From Tubulanus polymorphus (taxonomy: Eukaryota; Animalia; Nemertea): a stretch of DNA of 64,000 nucleotides. The position numbers were made by a program, and so were the translations under genes. Of this stretch, positions 42,611 through 55,165 are shown one piece after another. Numbering within the stretch: the stretch's first letter is position 1; the number at the start of each line of letters is the position of its first letter. The notes below the pieces were generated by a model that saw only the letters and a program-made list of their open reading frames with translations, was not told the origin of the DNA and ran no database searches. Where the stretch lies: NCBI RefSeq assembly GCF_964204645.1, contig NC_134025.1:31476299-31540298 (forward strand), in the 5' to 3' direction.

Positions 42611-43089
42611 TCCGACAAAACAGAACCTTCATACATACAGTAAACCCTAAACTTTGACAAAATTGATCCAAGGTAAAATGAATATATGAAAATATGTTGC
42701 GGGAGTCAGAAAAATGATTTTAGTATGATCAGGTTTACTGCACAATAATCCAGTTAATGAACCAAAGTAAAATCCAGTTAAATTTATCCCTCTTCACTTG
42801 AATAATTCACTGCCAATCTTAAAAACCGCACACTAAAAACAAACACATGAAATTAATATCAAATTTTATGTTTTATTTTCACAGAGATAACAATGAATTC
42901 ACTCAATAAAACTATTGTTCCCCGTGATGCAGTTGTGGATATCAAATCACTCACTCATCAGGAATTCTCTCTTACTGTAAAACGACCGGGTCGGAACAGA
43001 CTGTAAGGTTACACCAGGTGGATATAGTTCCCTGCATGCAAGAGATAAAATATTATCATGCGACAATTGGGCAAAAGAATTTGTAGTTA

Positions 43090-43229
43090 GGGGTCATTCA
43101 TTTATTACGTGCGCATTAGGAGGGAGGGGGAAGGGGTCAGTGTAATTGCGTACTGGATTTTGCGTACAGAGGGGGGACGGAGGATTGAAAAATTCAAATT
43201 TTATGTGTACTTAATAAATGAATGATCCC
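43090..43229. mobile_element. Tourist/Harbinger-like MITE
   Basis: GGGGTCATTCATTTATTACGT ... ACTTAATAAATGAATGATCCC terminal inverted repeats, flanked by TTA/TGA. Confidence 0.65.
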
Positions 43230-44228
43230 TGATGTACAGTTCGATTGTGATAGAACTCGGCGATGTTAGAATTATAGGTTTCGGGATCGTAGTTCACTGA
43301 TGCACCTCTGAATGCAACCCTGGCTGACAGGTTTTCATTCTCAACGCTGGTCAACCTTTCGTCGACCATCGGATTTGTTTCACCCCGAATTACCAGTTCA
43401 GATTTGATCTCGTGCGAGGTCTATGGTGGCGGCCATCAAAGGGTTAGCAGAATTTTCATGACGAAAAATTCTGGGTGGCAGAGCAGCTTTTACTTTCACT
43501 ATCCGGAAACTAAATTTTGGGTGGCAGAACTGCAGATCACTAGAAAATATAAAAACTTACAGCATGAGAGTCAAAGTTCACTCGAGTTTAAGATCGTTCC
43601 AATCAATGAATCTATTTCCCAGTCATCATTGATTCATCCTTCATCAACATATCGACTTTAGTTCAATCCATCATCATCACCTGAAATATAGGAAAACAAA
43701 AACAAATTACCAGAGTTTGTCTGGCAGTAGGATTAATTCATTCTAATGAGGAGGTACCAGTAATTGAGTATTGTTAGATGTTTGGTTTACAGTTTTTAAC
43801 AACCATTAACATAAATGCTGCTCAGGATCCACAGGGAGACAATGTGGTTCACAAACATGGATTAATTGAAGAAGTCGAAGACAAAGAACAAGTTGACTCC
43901 TCCTCTGCAGGCAGTGGACCCTGCTGTCATAGCCTGCACAATCGGACTGCTGCACCGGGCAGAAATAGAAAAGAGATTAAATATATAGAAGGCTCCAGTT
44001 GGCTCATCCACTGATGGTAGACCCTACTTATTTGTATCTTTTAATCGAGCCCACTTCACACATACATGATATTCTGTGTAATTAGTGTATAATACATATA
44101 GTTTATATCTTCATTTCTTGAAAGAAGAGATGAGAGTTGAAATCAATTGAAGCATGTAAATAAAATCATCTAATCATGAAGATTTTGATAATTGTGTTTT
44201 TTTCTATTACTTAAAAGATACTGCTGCC

Positions 44229-46065
44229 ATGAAACAGGAGGTGACTTCTACCGTGGTATCCAGGACAGAGGAACCACAGGTTCAGACTCTAGCACTGCGC
44301 AGGTCGCCCCGTAAAAATAGGAAAGAAGTTAATTATTCAGGAGGTTCCAGTTATGTGCGACCATGAAACAATAGGTGACTTCTACCGTGGTATCCAGGAC
44401 AGAGGAACCACAGGTTCAGACTCCAGCATCGCGCAGGTCGACCCGTAGAAATATAAAAGACGTTAATTATTCAGGAGGTTCCAGTTATCTGCGACCATGA
44501 AACAATAGGTGACTTCTACCGTGGTATCCAGGACAGAGGAACCATAGGTTCAGACTCCAGCATCGCGCAGGTCGACCCGTAAAAATAGAAAAGAAGTTAA
44601 TTATACAGGAGGTTCCAGTTATGTGCGACCATACAACAATAGGTGACTTCTACCGTGGTATCCAGGACAGAGGAACCACAGGTTCAGACTCCAGCATCGC
44701 GCAGGTCGACCCGTAGAAATATAAAAGACGTTAATTATTCAGGAGGTTCCAGTTATCTGCGACCATGAAACAATAGGTGACTTCTACCGTGGTATCCAGG
44801 ACAGAGGAACCACAGGTTCAGACTCCAGCACCGCGCATGTCGCCCCGTAAAAATAGAAAAGAAGTTAATTATACAGGAGGTTCCAGTTATGTGCGACCAT
44901 ACAACAATAGGTGACTTCTACCGTGGTATCCAGGACAGAGGAACCACAGGTTCAGACTCCAGCACCGCGCAGGTCGCCCCGTAAAAATAGAAATGAAGTT
45001 AATTATTCAGGAGGTTCCAGTAATCTGCGACCATGAAACAGGAGGTGACTTCTACCGTGGTATCCAGGACAGAGGAACCACAGGTTCAGACTCCAGCACC
45101 GCGCATGTCGCCCCGTAAAAATAGAAAAGAAGTTAATTATTCAGGAGGTTCCAGTAATCTGCGACCATGAAACAGGAGGTGACTTCTACCGTGGTATCCA
45201 GGACAGAGGAACCACAGGTTCAGACTCCAGCATCGCGCAGGTCGACCCGTAAAAATAGAAAAGAAGTTAATTATTCAGGAGGTTCCAGTAATCTGCGACC
45301 ATGAAACAGGAGGTGACTTCTACCGTGGTATCCAGGACAGAGGAACCACAGGTTCAGACTCCAGCACCGCGCATGTCGCCTCGTAAAAATAGAAAAGAAG
45401 TTAATTATTCAGGAGGTTCCAGTAATCTGCGACCATGAAACAGGAGGTGACTTCTACCGTGGTATCCAGGACAGAGGAACCACAGGTTCAGACTCCAGCA
45501 TCGCGCAGGTCGACCCGTAAAAATAGAAAAGAAGTTAATTATTCAGGAGGTTCCAGTAATCTGCGACCATGAAACAGGAGGTGACTTCTACCGTGGTATC
45601 CAGGACAGAGGAACCACAGGTTCAGACTCCAGCATCGCGCAGGTCGACCCGTAAAAATAGAAAAGAAGTTAATTATTCAGGAGGTTCCAGTTATCTGCGA
45701 CCATGAAACAGGAGGTGACTTCTACCGTGGTATCCAGGACAGAGGAACCACAGGTTCAGACTCCGGCATCGCGCAGGTCGACCCGTAAAAATAGAAAAGA
45801 AGTTAATTATTCAGGAGGTTCCAGTAATCTGCTACCATGAAACAGGAGGTGACTTCTACCGTGGTATCCAGGACAGAGGAACCATAGGTTCAGACTCCAG
45901 CATCGCGCAGGTCGCCCCGTAAAAATAGAAAAGAAGTTAATTATTCAGGAGGTTCCAGTAATCTGCTACCATGAAACAGGAGGTGACTTCTACCGTGGTA
46001 TCCAGGACAGAGGAACCATAGGTTCAGACTCCAGCATCGCGCAGGTCGACCCGTAAAAATAGAAA
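44229..46065 (+). repeat. 134-bp tandem array x~14, each unit a 45-codon mini-ORF (MKQEVTSTVVSRTEEPQVQTPAxRRSxRKNRKEVNYSGGSSxLRP)
   Basis: Unit starts at 44229 + 134n; CCATGAAA junction where the TGA of one unit overlaps the ATG of the next. Units 1 and 7-12 are open; the others have a TAG and/or have lost the ATG. Confidence 0.9.
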
Positions 46066-46699
46066 CTTGCCGATTATGGGATTGATCGGTAAATTCCTGC
46101 TTCAAACTATAAACACTCATCGTGATGATGCTGCTTCAGAGGCTTCAACAGTTTCACAAGGAGTAATGCTGTTATGATAGGCAATTTTTGATATCTATAA
46201 AACATGCGTAGATCGATAGCAGTTGTATGTTCATAATACATACAACTCTATTCACTGGGAATTCCTAAACGGCATGTTTTCACTAATGGTTTTTTGATGT
46301 CTATTTGCTTTTGTTCACTAGAAATTTACATAGGGGCAAGTTTTGGCTTAACGATTATTTAATGTTTATTTGCTTTTGTTACTGGTTCAGTTTATGTCTC
46401 GGATTAATAAGAAATATTTTGGATTTAGTTTTCAAGACAATAGAAAAAATCCTAAGGGATTAGTCAAGTGTCAACGTCTACGTGTTAGGAAACCGAGACA
46501 ACTCTGGGCTTGTTTCTTAACCAGGTTGCTAAGAACATTAATTCTCGGGGGCCTGGTGGGCGAATCAGGTCCCGAGGTTGGTCGTCGGCCCTCCCCAAAT
46601 GTGGTGGCGTTGGTCACGAGAATAGTTCCTTGGAAACCAAATTTGGAAAGTATAAAAATAAGAGACATAGCTGAACTAGTCGGAGAGGAACGGAGAAAG

Positions 46700-46927
46700 C
46701 TCCGGGAGAGCAATGGGGGTAGCTCCGGGAGAGTACCCGGGAGAGCAATGGGGGTAGCTCCGAGAGAGCAATGGGGGTAGCTCCGGGAGAGCACCTGGGA
46801 GAGCAATGGGGTAGCTCCGGGAGAGCACCTGGGAGAGCAATGGGGGTAGCTCCGAGAGAGCAATGGGGGTAGCTCCGGGAGAGTACCCGAGAGAGCAATG
46901 GGGGTAGCTCCGGGAGAGCACCTGGGA
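46700..46927. repeat. Compound 23/36-bp purine-rich repeat
   Basis: GAGAGCAATGGGGGTAGCTCCG(G) x~6 with GAGAGTACCCG / GAGAGCACCTGG inserts. Confidence 0.85.
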
Positions 46928-47604
46928 AACCAAGAGGGGAAGGACCACCGTAAGAAACTAGAAACCGAAATTGTAAAAGGTGTCGATACATAGGAAAGAC
47001 GAAACTGATATAATAAATAGTTGTGAGTATTTAGAAACCGAAGTATATACATCTTAGTCGTTTATTTTTTTTTTGTCTCGGGTCAATTTCAATTTGTGTC
47101 GTTGTGCGGAGCTGAGGAAGGATATGCTCTCCCACGATATTTCGGTCCCTTCTTCAGGTCGTATAACAATACGAGGGAACCTTCAGAGGCACCGCAGATT
47201 CCTGCACTGCGCAGACGCCTCATAAAAATAGAAAAGAAATTGTGATTATTCCAATCTGGGATTGATCGGTAAATTCCTGCTTCAAACTATAAACACTCAT
47301 TGTGACGATGCTTTGTCTCAAACGCTTCTGACAGTTTCGCGAGGGAAATACAACAGAGTCCCCAAAAACTAATAGAGAATAGCTTTTATAATGCTGATTA
47401 TGGGATTGATCGGTAAATTCCTGCTTCAAATTGTAAACACTCGTAGTGACAATGTTGCTTCAGAATCTCGAGAGAGAAAGAAACAGCCTGAACAAAGTAA
47501 TACCTGATCAGTAGAAAACCTGGAGAACAACTAGTATTTGTAATGTGAACTACTTGTCATTAATATGTTATATGTATGATACTTAATGGTTGTCTTTTTT
47601 CCAG

Positions 47605-48270
47605 ATTGAGAAATATATTAAGAAGGCATCAAAAAAAGATCGGTCTAAGGCCATTCGCCTGCAGAGCCCTTCCAGTATTGGAAAACGTACATCAAAATCA
47701 TTCCACCTTTCGAGTTGGTTCCTGTGCAGGAGGTGGACCCTGCTTCTCCCGTAAATGTGGAGCAGGAGGTCGCCCCTGCAGTGGTGACCCTGACAGAGGC
47801 GCCACAGCTTCAGACGCCTTCACTGCGTCGGTCGCCCCGTCGAAAGACAAAAGATATAGATTACACAGTAGGTTCGGGGCGTCCGAAATAAAAAAAACAG
47901 GGCAAACGTGCAGCTCATCCTCCCCCATAGAGACAACCAAATTTTGAGGAGGAGAGCAGTGATGAGGATGAATTCGTCACTCCTGGAGCGACATCTCCAG
48001 GGCCCGCAACTTCCCCGCCACCACCACCATCTACCGGACCGCAGCCATCTACTGGAAAAAATAGAAGAAGAAATAAGAGAAAGTATAATGAAAATGCATC
48101 GACATCAAGTGCTCCAGCGGGGGCACCACCTTCCCCCGCTGTCGAGCTGGTGGCGCGCGGCCCTGGTTGGTCACGAAACATCGAATATAAAGATCCTATT
48201 AGAATGCTCCGGGATGTTGAAGGGGCCTTTCAAGGAAAATATGAATTAGTAAAACGTAGGCGAACTCATT
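47605..48270 (+). pseudogene. Copy A of a duplicated low-complexity exon (PVQEVDPASP...LRRSPRRKTKDIDY...), disrupted
   Basis: Acceptor TTTTTCCAG at 47604; highly similar to 48610-49170 and 51075-51460; in-frame TAA near 47888. Confidence 0.6.
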
Positions 48271-48609
48271 AATATACGTATATATATATATATATATATT
48301 GCTACACAACTTCATTCTTTGTTCCATCATGTCACCACCATCTATCAGTTAACCGCATTATTTTATAGGTTGCTATTTACAAATATGATAATTATATTCG
48401 AACATGTCATTTATGTGTAATATGCATGATCCTTAATGTTTTTTTTTTCATTCCAGATTTAGACATCATTGAAAACATCAAAAAAGATCCATTCATTCCA
48501 GATTTGGATATAATTGAAAATATAAAGAAAGATCAGTCTGAAGCAGCCCCATAAAAAGGTTATAAAAGGTTAGCATCTATCTGCGCACCTAAGGAGCCAA
48601 CTCCTCCTA

Positions 48610-49170
48610 AAGTAATTCCACCATTTGAGTTGGTTCCTTTGCAGGAGGTGGACCCTGCTTCTCCCGTAAATGTGGAGCAGGAGGTCGCCCCTGCAGTGGT
48701 GACCCCGACAGAGGCGCCACAGCTTCAGACACCTTCACTGCGTCGGTCGCCCCGTCGAAAGACAAAAGAGATAGATTATACAGTAGGTACGGGGCGTCCG
48801 AAAATAAAAAAAAAAGGCAAACGTGCAGCTCGTCCTCCCCCACAGAGACAACCAAATTTTGAGGAGGAGAGCAGTGATGAGGATGAATTCGTCACTCCTG
48901 GAGCGACATCACCAGGGCCCACAACTCCCCTGCCACCACCACCATCTACAGGACCGCAGCCATCTACTGGAAAAAATAGAAGAAATATGAAAATGCATCG
49001 ACATCAAGCGCTCCAGCGGGGGCACCACCTTCCCCCGCTGTCGAGCTGGTGGCGCGCGGCCCTGGGTGGTCTAAAAACATCAGCTATTCAGATCCTATAA
49101 AAATGCTCCGCGATGTTGAAGGGGCCTTTCAAGGAAAATATCAATTAGTTAAACGTCGGCGAACTCATTA
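48610..49170 (+). pseudogene. Copy B of the duplicated exon (ORF 48630-49100)
   Basis: LRRSPRRKTKEIDY motif, basic GRPKIKKKGKR, acidic EEESSDEDE, Pro-rich tail; the upstream part contains stops. Confidence 0.55.
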
Positions 49171-49381
49171 ATATATGTATATATATTCCTAAGCAACTTC
49201 ATTCTTTCTTAGATATATGCATAAGTGCGGCAATTTATATTTACCAGTTACAACTTCATAAGTTAATCATATTTAACGCTATATCTCTTTTAGATAACGA
49301 AAATATCACACACATCAGATCACGATTCGATCAAGAAGTCCACTGTCACCAAGAAGTCGATCACAAGAGGCGTCTGAAATC

Positions 49382-50040
49382 ATGGATATTTCACAACATA
49401 TTTCACCTCAAAAGATCGATGACAAAACTATCGAAAAACTTACAAAACATTTGGAATACCATCGAGAACTAGTAGCAATTATTTACGAAATAATATCTAC
49501 TAAAGAATTAACGATTAATGAATTACCAAAAATACCAACACCAAGTTTGAAAACATTATTAGGACTTAAAGAAAATAGAATCAAATTGAGTGGTTATGAA
49601 CGACACGAATATTTGAAATCAAAATTAACGGATCATAGAGATTTATCGAACTTTAGTGAAATAGACGTGCATTTATTTTCAGAAATTAGTGGATTACTGA
49701 TAAGCGAGTATGAAAAGTTGTTAACTAAACAAACAAATCATCTTTGGGATTTTATAATTTTTGGGAATTCTTTGAATAAAGGGTTTGTTCTTTTTCATTC
49801 GACCCAAACTATAAATATTTCACGGGCTAATTGGGTTAAAGAAAATATATCTATTAGTGTTGAGTATGAAAGAAAACTTAGAATTATATTCGTTTAAAAA
49901 ATTTCAATTATTGGGGTTGCCAAATGCTTCCGTTATTAATCATTTGACAGAAATTAATCATTTGAAAAAATGCTTGAAAATTACCCCGAAATCAAAGAAT
50001 TCTGGTTGAAATTAGAAAATCCCAATGATGATTTGTAACA
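49382..50040 (+). pseudogene. AT-rich intronless ORF for an unknown helical domain (171 aa plus frameshifted tail)
   Basis: ORF 49382-49897 (NHLWDFIIFG...WVKENISISVEYERKLR); the tail ...ENYPEIKEFWLKL continues after a stop/frameshift; paralogue at ~50500-50890. Confidence 0.55.
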
Positions 50041-50499
50041 GCAGTTGTTTTTCATACTATATAGATTTTTTAATGTATTATATTTACCCTAATTGCATTT
50101 TTCTATGTTCAGCTTTTGTTAATGTGGCAGTTGTTGTATTATATACTTTATTGATTCCTGCATTCCTCGCATTCCTCACCGGGCCTCAGAGGCCTGGTGA
50201 GGAATGTGGAAATCGATACTGACTGTAGAATAAAATATATGTGTTTATGAAATAGTAATTCCACCAGGCGTTTCTTTGAATTGATATTCAGTTTGAGGAT
50301 TTATTATCGAGGATCCGAAATGACTTATCTGGACAGTTATAATTACTGCTCCTAATAGATAGACAATAGTAGTGAGATATTAAATCCTAATTTAAATAAA
50401 AAGTATTTAAAAAACAATAACTTCAACTAGCTAGTTAATTCTATTATATTTTTTTCAAAATCTAATATTTCTTTAAAAAAATTAATCTAAATTAATTAT

Positions 50500-50890
50500 T
50501 GAAACAGAACATTTAAACTTTCCAGAAATACGAAGTGAAGAAGTTATTTCATTTGATAAAATTACTAATATATTAAAAATAAGTTATAATACAATATTCA
50601 AAAGAAAAGCAAATCACTTATGGGATCACATCATTTTTGAGAGTTTTGAATATAGGGTTTGAAATGTTCGATAAAGAAACTGAGGGGATTTCTTGGGGGG
50701 CTTGGGTTAAAAAGAACATAGAAATCACCATGTTATGAAAGAAAACTGAGAAGAGTAGGAAGATTGATAAAATATGAAAAATTCCGATTACTAAGTTTAA
50801 CATTTAGTGAAGTTGTCAACTATTTGCGAGAAATTGAAGAAATGATTGAAAACGATTCAGTCATTAAAGAATTCTGGACGAAATTATAAA
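50500..50890 (+). pseudogene. Decayed paralogue of the 49382 ORF
   Basis: Frameshifted pieces read KANHLWDHIIF, WGAWVKKNIEI, YERKLRRVGRLIKYEKFRLLSLTFSEVVNYLREIEEMIENDSVIKEFWTKL*. Confidence 0.6.
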
Positions 50891-51074
50891 TTTTAACACT
50901 GAAGATCTTTGCATATTGATATAAAAAATGTAATCTCGATTGTGTAAATCTGCTTTAATATTGTATTGTTATTCATTAGTCGTTCGGTTGTTGTTAATGG
51001 TGACATCTGTTCTGTGTATTGATTGGTTACTGTTAATGTAATATGTATGATACTTAATGTTTGTCTTTTTTCCA

Positions 51075-51534
51075 GATTAAGAAATATATTTAAGGAGTCA
51101 TCAAAAAAAGATCGGTCTAAGGCCATTCGCCTGCAAAGCCCTTCCAGTATTGGAAAACATACATCAAAATCATTCCACCTTTCGAGTTGGTTCCTATGCA
51201 GGAGGTGGACCCTGCTTCTCCCGTAAATGTGGAGCAGGAGGTCGCCCCTGCAGTGGTGACCCCGACAGAGGCGCCACAGCTTCAGACGCCTTCACTGCGT
51301 CGGTCGCCCCGTCGTAAGACAAAAGAGATAAATTACACAATAGGTACGGGGCGTCCGAAATCCAAAAAAAAAGGCAAACGTGCAGCTCGTCCTCCCCCAC
51401 AGAGACAACCAAATTTTGAGGAGAGCAGTGATGAGGATGAATTCGTCAATCCTGGAGCGCAACAACCAAGACCTGCATCACCAATATCATTGACAGCGCC
51501 AACATCAGACACGCGAGGATCTACAAGGGCTTAA
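51075..51534 (+). pseudogene. Copy C of the duplicated exon (ORF 51187-51534); a further 100-bp fragment (copy D) lies at 53071-53170
   Basis: Same acceptor context (TTTGTCTTTTTTCCAG) and peptide as copies A/B; diverges after ~51460. Confidence 0.55.
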
Positions 51535-51739
51535 AGAATGGAAAATGAAGCCAGCTCAGACATCAACACCGGGCGCTCCAGTGGGGGCGACACCCTCCCC
51601 GCACCATTCTCCATCGCACGTGGCCCTGGGTGGTCTAGAAATAACGGTGAGTCTGTTCCTTACGCAATAGGTTCAGGACGTCAGGAAACAAAATATTCTA
51701 ATCCTCCTCCCGCTAAGACAACCAATTTTTGATTTTCAT

Positions 51740-52165
51740 ACTTTTCATGCAGTGAAAGTTGTTGGTTGGCGGTTGTTTAGGGTTACTCCTTGATAACCTT
51801 CTTTAGCTCATCATCCGTACTGACAGTATTAGCTTCCTTAGCCAGAGTTACCCTATTTCTGGCTTGTTATTTATCTTATGATTTTAATACTTTACACGCA
51901 GTGAAAGTTGTTGGTTGGCGGTTGTTTAGGGTTACTCCTTGATAACCTTCTTTAGCTCATCATCCGTACTGACAGTATTAGCTTCCTTAGCCAGTTTTAC
52001 CCTATTTCTGGCTTGTTTATTTATCTTATGATTTTAATACTTTTCATGCAGTGAAAGTTGTTGGTTGGCGCTTGTTTAGGGTTACTCCTTGATAACCTTC
52101 TTTAGCTCATCATCCGTGCTGGCAGTATTTACTTCGTCAGCCATTTCTGGCTTGTTTATTTATCC
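51740..52165. repeat. ~150-bp tandem repeat x2.8
   Basis: GCAGTGAAAGTTGTTGGTTGGCG recurs at ~51749, 51898 and 52048. Confidence 0.9.
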
Positions 52166-52270
52166 ATAAAAAATGTGATGATAGTTCTTTATTCTATTAT
52201 TCTATTTATTTTCAGATTTTCCATTTAATACAGTTCAGCCCCCGGACTCGGGCAGTGGAGACAATGTCAC

Positions 52271-53068
52271 CAGTACAATCAGTCTGTAAGGGGATATGTT
52301 TGAGGGTACAGTACAATCAGTCTGCAAGGAGAGATGACTGAGGGTACAGTACAATCAGTCTGTAAGGGGAGATGACTGAGGGTACAGTACAATCAGTCTG
52401 TAAGGGGAGATGACTGAGGGTACAGTACAATCAGTCTGTAAGGGGAGATGACTGAGGGTACAGTACAATCAGTCTGTAAGGGGAGATGACTGAGGGTACA
52501 GTACAATCAGTCTGTAAGGGGAGATGACTGAGGGTACAGTACAATCAGTCTGTAAGGGGAGATGACTGAGGGTACAGTACAATCAGTCTGTAAGGGGAGA
52601 TGACTGAGGGAACAGTACAATCAGTCTGTAAGGGGAGATGACTGAGGGTACAGTACAATCAGTCTGTAAGGGGAGATGACTGAGGGTACAGTACAATCAG
52701 TCTGTAAGGGGAGATGACTGAGGGTACAGTACAATCAGTCTGTAAGGGGAGATGACTGAGGGTACAGTACAATCAGTCTGTAGGGGGAGATGACTGAGGG
52801 TACAGTACAATCAGTCTGTAAGGGGAGATGACTGAGGGTACAGTACAATCAGTCTGTAAGGAGAGATGACTGAGGGTACAGTACAATCAGTCTGTAAGGG
52901 GAGATGACTGAGGGTACAGTACAATCAGTCTATAAGGGGAGATGACTGAGGGTACAGTACAATCAGTCTGCAAGGAGAGATGACTGAGGGAACAGTACAA
53001 TCAGTCTGTAAGGGGAGATGACTGAGGGTACAGTACAATCAGTCTGCAAGGAGAGATGACTGAGGGAA
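52271..53068. repeat. 38-bp minisatellite x~21
   Basis: Unit CAGTACAATCAGTCTGTAAGGGGAGATGACTGAGGGTA. Confidence 0.95.
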
Positions 53069-54386
53069 CAGGACCCTGCTTCTCTCGTAAATGTGGAGCA
53101 GGAGGTCATCCCTGCAGTGGTGACCCCGGCAGAGGCGCCACAGTTTCAGACGCCTTCACTGCGTCGGTCAGTAATTGTAGATACTAGTAGAATCAGTCGA
53201 ACTTTCAAGGAGTCGTCTCGGTCGATGGCTTCCTTTTTCATCAGATGACGTGACTCTGTGTATAGTATTGATATAAGATTTATTATCCTTCATTTCCATG
53301 TTTTATTTGAGATCTTGCAAGATCAGTCATACTTAGAGGCTGTGGGACTGTGTGTCTAACTTGATTGTGTGTCACCTGCCGTCCTTTTTCTTTTGTGAAA
53401 CATTATTTCTTAAAGACATCGTATATAGCTTGTAAATCCATCCTTTTTGTTATAATTAAATCCACTATCGTGGACCTATGAACATATATATACATCTCTC
53501 AATTTCGTTCTTTGGGTTTTCGTCCACTTTCTAAGGCATCCTGACCACTCCCTAGATTTCAACTTTTTCCGCGTGAGGAGAGGCGCCACGAGGATTCGAT
53601 CGACGATTTAGCCACTCATGAGGATGATAATCTCCCTGACGGAACATATAAACTCGTCGTTGTTAACGCGTACATCAACGCCCGTCCCCGAGGACGCGGT
53701 CACCGCGGAAACCACTGCCTCCGTAGTGGTTGAATCTACTGTTCCGGCGTTTTCGAAGGAGCCATCCAACGTCGCTGATATGAACGGTCCCGGCTCCGTC
53801 CGACACACGATCCACCCCTTTTCGGATTCCCTCTCAGAGTCCGCTCGACATCAGCGAACTTTCCCCCTCGTCGTTTATGCTACCACGAGGAACTCGGGGA
53901 ATCACATGACCGGAAGAATAAAATATCAAATAAATATCAAAGGAACTTGAAATTTATTGAAACGTCAATAATCTAATGCTCAATAATGGATAAAGAAATC
54001 CTTCAAATGTCACGTGATTCAGCCATTCACCGAGCGGCCATATTCCATTTGTCCTATTATCATGTTTTTATGGAGAATTATTATAAGAATGCTTTGCTAA
54101 CAAAGCTTATATCTATAACCCAACAGTTAGTTCAAAATTGAAAAAAAATTAAATTAATCCTACTTTATACAAAATGTTGACTGTTGTTTGTAGAGTTCAG
54201 TCTCTCTCTCTTTCCAAGTTCATCTCTTCCTGTTTTCTCTTTCTCCTGGGTTTTTTTTTTCTCACTGGAGATTTCTGAAATTCAAAGAAAGAGATTTATA
54301 TCAATTCTTCTATCATGAGTGAAATGCTCGGTGAATGGGGTGACCTCACAACTGACACCACACTGAGCAGTCATGTTTACAAATTG

Positions 54387-54510
54387 GCCTGGGTGGTCTA
54401 GTGGTTAGGACAGGCGACTGGCAAGTGAGAGACCCAGGTTCAAATCCCGGTGGGGCTAGGGTTAGGGTTGACGAGGGGTTTGGGTTAACATGGTGCTAAT
54501 GTTAGGGTCA
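54387..54510 (+). mobile_element. tRNA-derived SINE-like element with TTAGGG tail, second copy
   Basis: A-box TGGTCTAGTGG (54394), GTGAGAGACCC then B-box GGTTCAAATCC, then CTAGGGTTAGGGTT; colinear with 38775-38935. Confidence 0.6.
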
Positions 54511-55165
54511 CAGTGCTGTAGTTTTGGCAGATTTATTGAGTACAATAGAACAGAAGTACAGTAAACAATAGTCTATAATAGAGGCTATATATATCTGAAT
54601 TTCTCAAAGAGCAAGTTTTTTCAAAGATGTTTAAATCTTTCCTCTAGCAAAAATATCACGATATATAACCTGAACAATTAGAATGAACTCTGAAATTATT
54701 CAAGTTTACAGATAATTAGAGATAAGGAGACTTCGGTTTCATTCAACATTTGTTTTTCTACGTTTTCTTCCTAATTTTTCGGTAAAAACGATTCTTGATT
54801 TCTACAAACTTTATTGACAACCCTGCACCAATGTTCTTAAACAATTACAATAAAACGTGTTCATTAAAATCTAGATAGGAACCAGATGAGAAAGAATGCG
54901 CGTCAAAGCAAAGTGAAGTTCAAAGGGCGTCTCCTCAGACGGGTCCAAAAAATTTGAAGATCAAGTAATTCAAGTATTCAAGATGGCCGACCACCCACGA
55001 ATTTTTAATTCTAGTAGGCCTAACAAACTTATTATATCACCACTAGCAACAAGTCAGACAAGTGACAGATGCGCGTCTGTTACTGACTGTATGCCAAACA
55101 TATTACTCATTTAACCCGACCCCCGCTAGCCGCTAAACGCGATTTTTAAGAGTTTTTATCAGTAA

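Noticed and set aside
46370-47052. Overlapping ORFs of 90-193 aa
   Set aside because: Driven by the GAGAGCAATGGGGGTAGCTCC repeat; no recognisable domain.
53560-53950. GC-richer segment with 66- and 110-aa ORFs
   Set aside because: No motif, splice structure or consistent frame that I can support; may be a TE fragment.
54387-54458. Functional tRNA gene
   Set aside because: A and B boxes are present, but the acceptor and anticodon stems do not pair; treated as a SINE head (same for 38775 and ~33100-33165).
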